DNA from: Apostichopus japonicus
Lineage: Eukaryota
Direction: 5' to 3'
DNA length: 64,000 bases
NCBI RefSeq assembly: GCF_037975245.1
Contig: NC_092565.1
Location: forward strand, 23,274,063-23,338,062
Positions 53,201-61,536 of this stretch are shown in pieces. Position numbers and translations under genes: made by a program. A model generated the notes under the pieces. That model saw nothing but the letters and a program-made list of their open reading frames with translations. It was not told the DNA's origin and made no database searches. Every line of letters starts with the position of its first letter. The stretch's first letter is position 1.

Positions 53201-56200
53201 TTAACAGTTAACAGTACATTAACAGTAGAAGTTAACAGTAGATTAACAGTTAACAGTACATTAACAGTAGAAGTTAACAGTAGATTAACAGTTAACAGTA
53301 CATTAACAGTAGAAGTTAACAGTAGATTAACAGTTAACAGTACATTAACAGTAGAAGTTAACAGTAGATTAACAGTTAACAGTATATTAACAGTAGAAGT
53401 TAACAGTAGATTAACAGTTAACAGTATATTATAACCGAAATTACGTTTCGTTAGAAAAGAGTAGAAAAAACAAATCAGCTCATTAAACACTGCAAACGAT
53501 ATTGAAAGACCTGACTTTCAAACTAAAAGGAATTATTTCATACTATATAGTAACCTACCTGTTGGCTACTGTGCCTCCTGGCAATTCAAACCTGTTGTAG
53601 GCTACTCCATATATATCTCACATTAACTAGTCTATCTGCCAACCTTACAGTTATTTAGGTTGTGATGAGTACCAGAGAGAAACATCAAACAAGGACAGAA
53701 TGAAACATGCACATCACAGAGAAGGCTTAATGTACAGTAACCTACCTGCTGGCTACTGTGCCTCCTGGCAATTCAAACCTGTTGTAGGCTACTCCATATA
53801 TATCTCACATTAACTAGTCTATCTGCCAACCTTACAGTTATTTAGGTTGTGATGAGCACCACAGAGAAACATCAAACAAGGACAGAATGAAACATGCACA
53901 TCACAGAGAAGTTTTAATGTACAGTAACCTACCTGCTGGCTACTGTGCCTCCTGGCAATCCAAACCTGTTGTAGGCTCCTCCATATATATCTCACATTAA
54001 CTAGTCTATCTGCCAACCTTACAGTTATTTAGGTTGTGATGAGCACCACAGAGAAACATCAAACAAGGACAGAATGAAACATGCACATCACAGACAAGGC
54101 TTAATGTACAGTAACCTACCTGCTGGCTACTGTGCTTCCTGGCAATCCAAACCTGTTGTAGGCTCCTCCATATATATCTCGCACTAACTTGTCCACCTTT
54201 TGGTTGTCCCCCTGAGTAGCCATGTCAATGGCTTCTTCAAACGTTTCACAGCCGGTGAGAAGACAGCATAGACCTAGAAATGTACCTCCCCCCAGACTGT
54301 TGAGGAGAAGGAAACAAAAGGGATTAAACTTTTCAAATAAATATTCATATTTAAATGAATATATGACAGTGTGCATTTAGGGTCACCAATAAATGTACTA
54401 CGTACCACAAACCTTTCACAAAATATGTTAAAATGTTGCCAAGAAGGAGGTCAAGGGTTTGACCTGTACGGAAAATGCAAACTTTAATGCTGTCCTCAAG
54501 TCTTGGCATAAGGCTAACCTTCCAAAAAAATTATCAACAACTTATTTTTAAATTTTATCTAAATGCATATAAATTATATATCGTCAAAAGAAATAAGAAA
54601 CAGCTTAGTTAGTTCACAAGCTGGGCAAGCTTAATTTGCCAGACAATTCTGTACACTACAGTATCAACCAATAACAGGCAAAAACCTCACTGTATGCAGT
54701 CAAGAAACAAAAGTTGCAAGAATATGAAGAGTATGATATTCTGTTATTTACAATGTATGATAAAAATCTAACAAAAGTCTAACAAATGAAACATCACCCT
54801 TGCCCGAATAATGTTCCTGTCTCTTAATAATGGCTGTACTATTTTTAACTGTCCGAAGAGAAATTTGAATATCTCAGAGGCATTTCTCTTTTTCCTACCC
54901 TCTGTTTTGTCTTTTTTGACAAAGAGATAGCCTTACCTTGTTCCAGAAACTCTTTGAAAATCAGTTTGGGAATGTACTGCTAGGATGCTGACCCCTGAGC
55001 CTATGTTTACGACCAGATAAGGGTAAGGGTCACGAAAGTCATACGGCGTTTTGACACTGCTCTCTGGGTTACGCGGGTCAGAGTGGTTCCAGTAGTAACA
55101 CTCGTTGGGGATCAACCGGTCGATGAAATGAATTCCATGAATCAGACAGTTGAGTTCATCGTGTTTCTGTAGTTTCATGTTTACGATCTATAAATTCAAA
55201 GTCATAACACATAAACTATTGAGCAGATATTTACGAGTGACGGCTTTTGGTGGAAGCCCTCCTCATGAAACCAGGAGTGACCGGTCTGAGAGGACGTACA
55301 GTGCTGAGAAAAGGTTACCAGCTGACTCAGATATGGTAGAGGGAGGATGCGGATGTCTGGGGGAGACAGGTAAGCGAGTAGTGACGTATAAAATTCATTC
55401 ACTGGACAGGAATGACTTGGATATTGCATTGTACATGGTGACAGATGATGATATAAATGTATTAATATGTCACAGTGCTACACCAAAATGCCCAATTCCG
55501 TTCCAACCCTCAGATAGGATTTGTTTTGTACCAAAGAAGGACAGATAAGTGACTAGAAAATTTTGAACGTATTTGGAAAAGTGCCAAGAAAAAATAATTT
55601 TTAACCTACAGTAGCACAGGATACAGATCCAAAGTCTGTTGAAGTCTTGTATATATATGAAATCCTCATTTTTGGTTGACGTATTGTCGAAATGATGTAG
55701 GGCCTGTTCACACTAGAACTGAGTCGAGCACAGATCTCTGAGTTTAAACATGGAGTTGAATTCAAAATTCTGGTGTCAACGCAATTCAGATACTGTATTT
55801 TAAACTTAAATTTTTCTGGAAATAAAGTTTCAGAATGAATAGACAAATACATAACATCCAAAACTTACATTAAAGAAGTCTTTTTCAAATTTGAATGCGC
55901 CACCACCAGTGGCATGGATGACTTCTGCCAAACTGGACAACTTCTTCTCTTTCACCAGATGCAGGAATGTCTCCATCTCGTAAGTGGGGAATCTAATGAA
56001 ATGGAGTGACCCCGTGTGACCCAGTACGGTCACGTTGGGTATCTCCAGGTACACGTCCCGGACACCTGTGTCACCGTAGGCAGTGTTTGACTTGAGGTAG
56101 TGTTGAATCGTTTCTAGGGCATCTGGTTCCACATCGGGGTCATTGTCCCCTGGGAGGACGTCGTTTGGCTCGAAGTACACCAACTTGGCAAGAGTACCGC

Positions 56201-56225
56201 CTATGTCCACACCAAACCATGGCAT
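50124..56225 (-). CDS. PANK: pantothenate kinase (PANK1/2/3-like) gene, CDS span, 6 coding exons found (about 397 aa). An upstream 5' exon is possible.
   Basis: Spliced translation [20 protein letters not shown]...HFIRFPT...[13 protein letters not shown]...[14 protein letters not shown]...[27 protein letters not shown]...[11 protein letters not shown]...[14 protein letters not shown]...[26 protein letters not shown]...[19 protein letters not shown]. Collinear with animal type II PANK. All junctions GT-AG and phases consistent. Confidence 0.88.
51041..51166 (-). CDS. PANK: PANK coding exon e
   Basis: [42 protein letters not shown]. Acceptor ttgcag and donor gttagt. Confidence 0.8.
52008..52131 (-). 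CDS. PANK: PANK coding exon d
   Basis: (S)[41 protein letters not shown]. Acceptor cacag and donor gtgagt. Confidence 0.8.
52183..53430. repeat. minisatellite of about 1.25 kb (gttaacagtagaa / gttaacagtacattaacagtagaa units) in a PANK intron
   Basis: Read directly. About 100 copies of 12/24-mers. Explains the spurious ORF 53062..53490 ([13 protein letters not shown]...). Confidence 0.9.
53550..54119 (-). repeat. three tandem copies of about 180-190 bp duplicating the PANK exon c 3' end plus donor plus proximal intron
   Basis: Each copy carries ...ggagtagcctacaacaggtttgaattgccaggaggcacagtagccagcag|gtaggttactgtacattaa... (minus sense). That is about 90% identical to the authentic exon end [16 protein letters not shown]|gtaggt at 54120-54170. 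Copies start near 53550, 53738 and 53918. Confidence 0.8.
54120..54296 (-). CDS. PANK: PANK coding exon c
   Basis: (S)[58 protein letters not shown]. Acceptor aacag and donor gtaggt. Confidence 0.85.
54937..55187 (-). CDS. PANK: PANK coding exon b
   Basis: [33 protein letters not shown]...[30 protein letters not shown]. Acceptor tttatag and donor gtaagg. Confidence 0.85.
55250..55400 (+). repeat. dispersed SINE-like repeat, copy 3 of 4 (in PANK intron)
   Basis: acagtgctgagaaaaggttaccag...gatgcggatgtctgggggagacaggtaagcgagtagtgacgta. Confidence 0.4.
55869..56225 (-). CDS. PANK: PANK coding exon a (ATG 56225-56223)
   Basis: [23 protein letters not shown]...[15 protein letters not shown]. Donor gtaagt. 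A cag acceptor sits 2 nt upstream of the ATG (56230-56228), so this may be an internal exon. Confidence 0.8.
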
Positions 56226-58004
56226 AGCTGTAAGAGGTAGAAGACAGTGATATGTAGTAACGAAAGGGTGTTAAAACATAGCTCTGATCATGTAAAACCT
56301 GTCAATCTACTGCAGAAAGAATCCTCGATGATATTGCAATCTCATTACTTTGTTGTAAATACTGTTTAATATTTAATAATTAATCAGGTAATAACGTATC
56401 CAGTATGGCATCCCAAAATGCAATGCAAAATGCTTGAAATGCTTAAGAAGTGCACTTGATGCATAGCAGTTTTGTACACAGAAACCATATATAGTAATTC
56501 ATAAGATATATAAATTCAGAACCCATCCAAACTGCTACACAAAATCTGAATACTTCATTATTTCCCGATGGGGAAGGGAGGTGGTGGGAAATGGGTGGGG
56601 AGGGTGGGGAAGGGGAGGTGGTGGGGCACGAGTGTGAAAGTGGTGGGGAAGAGGTTATCCACCACTCTTTTTTTTTAGAATGTGAAGCAACATTTAAAGA
56701 GAGAGTTGTCATATATTTCTACTTGAATCGTCAAACAATAAATTAAACCTTAACAATTAAAATGATCTTCATAATTTCAACTTTCACGAGGAACGCTCAC
56801 AGTTTGTGATGAGATGGTAGTGAGAGAGGAAGGGGAGATGCATGGTAGCAAAAGTGGATCCATCATCCACTGTTATCAATTGTCTTAAAACAAAACCAGC
56901 TGCAAAATGAGACATCCTTTGGGTAATCTCACCCAAAGTTGACAAGGACAGTATGCAATATTTACAGCATGAACGAGACTTATTGGGTAATAATATCAAT
57001 TTCCCTTTATCTCACTGGGAGAAGTTCAGCCCAAATGTGCACCTGTTTCAAACTTCAATAGGATTTAATAGAATTTTATGCAAAACTATTCAAGTGGTGC
57101 AGACACCAGGCAGAGGTCATCTATTGTTTCCATTGTTTGCCCAGAATTTTTCTTCTTTTGTCTACGTTTAAAATCATAATCAACTCTACCAATCTGTAGC
57201 ATATATGGTTACTGAGCAAACTCCTACCCATCTAGCAGTGAAAATCGCTCTACTATTTAACAGTAATAACAGCTCAGTTATAGGTTCAAACAGTAGTGTC
57301 ACCACAGGTGAAGGTGGGAATCTTAGGAAAGTTTACCTATTTATTCTCAACAATGTAGAAACTTGCTTAATTTGTCTGTAGTTTGCAGGGGCAGTGAAAA
57401 AATCTCAAAAGTGCCCTTTTAATAAATAGGATGTGCCCACTTTTGAAAAATCACGCTCTGATTTTCCATTTATTGCAATTAAAATTGACATTATTATTGA
57501 ACATTATTGAAACAATGCCCTTTTGTTGACAATTTCAATAAAATTATACGTGAAAAAAGTGCACAGTTGTTGAAAACTTGACGAAAGAACATTCAATCAA
57601 AAAGTTCCCTTTTTATAAAAATAAATTTTTTTTTAAAATTTACAAATACTGGAATTTGTAGTACCGAATGAACAGATGATCCATTTGTCGGAAGGTTTTA
57701 AGCTTTAATGTAACCTTTTGCCTCCTCAATCAAAGTCACATGTCCCTCCCCCCCCCCCAGCTCCTCCAAGTTTGTGCCCCATCACCCCAGATTGAACCTA
57801 CTTCTGCAACCCCTGATATTAAATCTTATCAATAAATAACTTTACTATTAAACTGACTGTGAGACCACAGTTTAGCCCTTCCCCTCCTAGCTACTTTACA
57901 AGTTCATCAAATTTAATTCATGCTTGGAGATCAATCACTCATAAAATTTTTGCTAACTAAACGTGTAGTTTTCTTCCTGGGTGGTAGATTCGGAAGGAGG
58001 TGTA

Positions 58005-58125
58005 TGTGGTCAGTGCCAGGGGAGCGAGGGCGCAGTGCTAAAACGTTCCAATGTGTAGTTAGGTAAATAGGGGGAAAGTGCAGATGTGGAGTGGGGAGAC
58101 AGGTAAGAGAGGAGCGAAGTAAATA
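58005..58125 (+). repeat. dispersed SINE-like repeat, copy 4 of 4
   Basis: gcagtgctaaaacgttccaatgtgtagttagg...gcagatgtggagtggggagacaggtaagagaggagcgaagtaaat. Confidence 0.45.
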
Positions 58126-58379
58126 ACAAAACTCTCTTCGAGCCGTGACTCTTTCATCCTCCCCCTGCCCCCACCCTCCCAATTTATGTCACATTTTGAA
58201 GGTTCAGCTTTCCACTGTACGGCACCTGTAACTTAGAGACTACTTGTATACCTTTTTTTTCTTTTCTGGAAGGTTCTACTCACCCATTACACACCAAATC
58301 AAACTCAGAGCACTGGGTTCAACACTGTGCTCGTTGTCAAGTATGATAAGTGTTTCAGAAGGTTTGAATGGTAGCATTA

Positions 58380-58700
58380 CCAACCAAATACAAAGAAATA
58401 CTTTTCGGGAGTGCGTTGTGTTCAAGAGGTTTAAGGCAGTGGACTTGTGATCTAAGGATTACAGATTCAATTCCTGGCCAAATCATTGCGTTGTGTCCTT
58501 GGGCAAGACACTTAATCTCCATTGCCTCTCTTCACCCAGGTGTATAAATGGGGACCTGTGAGATAAAACTGTCAGCCAGGCGCTGTTTAGCTGCTGCCAT
58601 GTGGAGGGGTTGTCTCTATGTTTGACAGGTTATCGTTGACCAGGGTAATATTGTGATGCGCCTTGAGCACCATTATCGGTGGATATGTCTGCTCTTTAAA
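58380..58700 (+). mobile_element. SINE-like element with tRNA-related head (ggattacagattcaattcctggcc) and conserved body (tgtgtccttgggcaagacacttaatctcc...cacccaggtgtataaatgggga)
   Basis: T-arm-like motif, plus a body motif that I recognise from interspersed repeats in other aquatic animal genomes. Followed by an A/T-rich tail at 58700-58760. Confidence 0.4.
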
Positions 58701-60114
58701 AATCCTCAAAGTTATTTTTTTAATAATTATTATTATTCTAGACAACATATATATAATAATTGGGGTAAATGCCATTCATAAGTGGTGCATGCCCTGGCAT
58801 TCATCTCCTTATGTAAAACAGAATAAACTTGGTGACCCTTGGAATCACAATCATAAAACAGATAGTATCAGCAATAAATTTTAGGGTTATAGAGCTTCTT
58901 ATATAATATAAATAGGGTCACTTATGGCTTGCACAGGCAATTTGGTTCCAGTATATACCAACATGAGAGTTTCTTCAAACATGAGACAAATATGATGTCC
59001 TTCACAATTTATCAAAGATACTGTAGTGTAAAGACTAGTTTGTACCAACACCTGCTTGATAAATGATATGGGCCTGTAACAGGAGGGTAAAGTTTCATTT
59101 TAAATCAAATGTAGCCATTTCTACCTAAGGAAGCAGGAAAAGACACAGAATAAACCAGGGGACTATAGTGGAATACAGAAATGACTTCAGCCTAAGGGGG
59201 CGAGGGGGCAGGGGGGTGGACCCCTGACCTGGCACCACCCTCCCCTGGGCTTGTAAGAATGCATACATGACATAAATAATGACCCAAGAGGCCAATGTTA
59301 CCAGCTGTAGTGGTTAGCATTTGAGCACATTAAGTACTCCACTATAGAGTGGATCGTCTATATAACAGTGAATACACCATTGATATAAACTATCTGGTAC
59401 CACTACCTTCCTCTACTTCCCCAACCTACAGTATAACATCCACGTTCAAACTGCAGAGGAAGTTTCAGATTAATGCGATTCATCAAGCTCCTCTGCTCCT
59501 GTCAAGGTCAAAGTTGAGTTACCACGATCAAACTTTTACCATAAATACAAAAACAACAGGCATTCAATCTGGTAAGCAAAGGACTATATATTCAGGTTAC
59601 AGTACCATAAAAAGAAACTTTATTTGCTAACGTTTCCAGGTGTGCCAGCTGACTGTTAAGATTTAATTAAGTGGACCCACCCCTAATTTAAACTCACTGA
59701 TTATATCTGTGGTTTTATTCGCAGAAGTTCAACTCTGTAAATTGTGTACTTTCAAGACAGTACTGTAAGCCTATAACAGTAGTCAAGTGTCAGCACATCA
59801 AACACATACAGGTGGGTAAGGCTTGTGCGTCTTCCATACATGTAGTTGAGTTCGCAATTTCTGGCTGTACTGAACAGAGATCCTGACTAAAAACAGACCC
59901 GGATCGAAACCACTGGTTAAAGTAACCGGTTCTCATAATATTGAATGTTACATGATGTTTTGGTCATAAAATGAAACGTAGGGTTTACCAGAGATTAAAA
60001 GAATACAGCATGAATAGCAATAGCATACTGAAGAACCCTGGTACAGAGAGTGCAGTAGATGGTGTGGTAATCTGACAAGGTAAAACAATACATGATCACA
60101 AGTTCATGTAATTG

Positions 60115-61040
60115 ATTGTTTAATTGTTACACTATGAGCTGTTTAATTGTTACACTATGAGCTGTTTAATTGTTACACTATGAGCTGTTTAATTGTTACA
60201 CTATGAGCTGTTTAATTGTTACACTATGAGCTGTTTAATTGTTACACTATGAGCTGTTTAATTGTTACACTATGAGCTGTTTAATTGTTACACTATGAGC
60301 TGTTTAATTGTTACACTATGAGCTGTTTAATTGTTACACTATGAGCTGTTTAATTGTTACACTATGAGCTGTTTAATTGTTACACTATGAGCTGTTTAAT
60401 TGTTACACTATGAGCTGTTTAATTGTTACACTATGAGCTGTTTAATTGTTACACTATGAGCTGTTTAATTGTTACACTATGAGCTGTTTAATTGTTACAC
60501 TATGAGCTGTTTAATTGTTACACTATGAGCTGTTTAATTGTTACACTATGAGCTGTTTAATTGTTACACTATGAGCTGTTTAATTGTTACACTATGAGCT
60601 GTTTAATTGTTACACTATGAGCTGTTTAATTGTTACACTATGAGCTGTTTAATTGTTACACTATGAGCTGTTTAATTGTTACACTATGAGCTGTTTAATT
60701 GTTACACTATGAGCTGTTTAATTGTTACACTATGAGCTGTTTAATTGTTACACTATGAGCTGTTTAATTGTTACACTATGAGCTGTTTAATTGTTACACT
60801 ATGAGCTGTTTAATTGTTACACTATGAGCTGTTTAATTGTTACACTATGAGCTGTTTAATTGTTACACTATGAGCTGTTTAATTGTTACACTATGAGCTG
60901 TTTAATTGTTACACTATGAGCTGTTTAATTGTTACACTATGAGCTGTTTAATTGTTACACTATGAGCTGTTTAATTGTTACACTATGAGCTGTTTAATTG
61001 TTACACTATGAGCTGTTTAATTGTTACACTATGAGCTGTT
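60115..61040. repeat. 23-bp satellite (ctgtttaattgttacactatgag)n, about 40 near-identical copies
   Basis: read directly; almost no inter-copy divergence. Confidence 0.95.
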
Positions 61041-61342
61041 AGAGCAGCAGTGATTAATCACCCAGGTGCTGCAGTTGTTAACCCTTGTAACTCTTGTGTT
61101 TTTAAAACCAAAAGATCCACATGTACTTCACACCAGCATAGAGTTTAGCCTTCATCTCAATGATAAAAATCTCTAGTTAATATTTACAGCGTTATCACAT
61201 CATCAGATAAGGTGATTTGAACTGTTTACTTGCCACTGAAAACAAATCGTAACAATACACTTAAAATGCTTGGTAATGATATGCTTTAAAACTTAACACC
61301 CAATTCACCCTTCTGATCTGGATCAATGCAATTCATACAGCA

Positions 61343-61346
<4 letters not shown>

Positions 61347-61385
<39 letters not shown>
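61347..61385. repeat. (AT)n microsatellite
   Basis: atatatatatatatatatatatatatatatatatat. Confidence 0.9.
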
Positions 61386-61388
<3 letters not shown>

Positions 61389-61473
61389 ACCAAACCAGAA
61401 CTAGTATTGTTAGAAACAGGTGACAAAACGCCTACTGTGGTTTCTAACCTCTAGACATACAATCAGCGTCCAT

Positions 61474-61536
61474 AGCCTAGTGATTAGGGTGTCCAAGTGG
61501 TTAGGGAGGCCCGGGTTCAAATCCCGGTAGAGGCTG
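61474..61536 (+). ncRNA. tRNA-like fragment / SINE head (box A-like agtggttaggg, box B-like ggttcaaatcc). Not a complete tRNA.
   Basis: T-arm ccggg-ttcaaat-cccgg is perfect, but no anticodon arm fits between the D-like and T regions. The D-like motif is duplicated (tagtgattaggg / agtggttaggg). Confidence 0.3.

Noticed and set aside
53062-53490. 142-aa minus-strand ORF ([13 protein letters not shown] repeats)
   Set aside because: Pure translation of the GTTAACAGTAGAA minisatellite. It lies within a PANK intron.
56443-56712. Pro/Ser-rich minus ORF upstream of PANK
   Set aside because: Translation of a G-rich (ggggaagggaggtggtgggaaatgggtgggga) repeat. Not a plausible PANK 5' exon, with no start or donor context.
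61474-61536. Possible tRNA gene
   Set aside because: No anticodon stem-loop can be placed between the D-like and T-arm segments, and the acceptor stem pairs at only 4-5 positions. Better explained as a SINE or tRNA-derived fragment.
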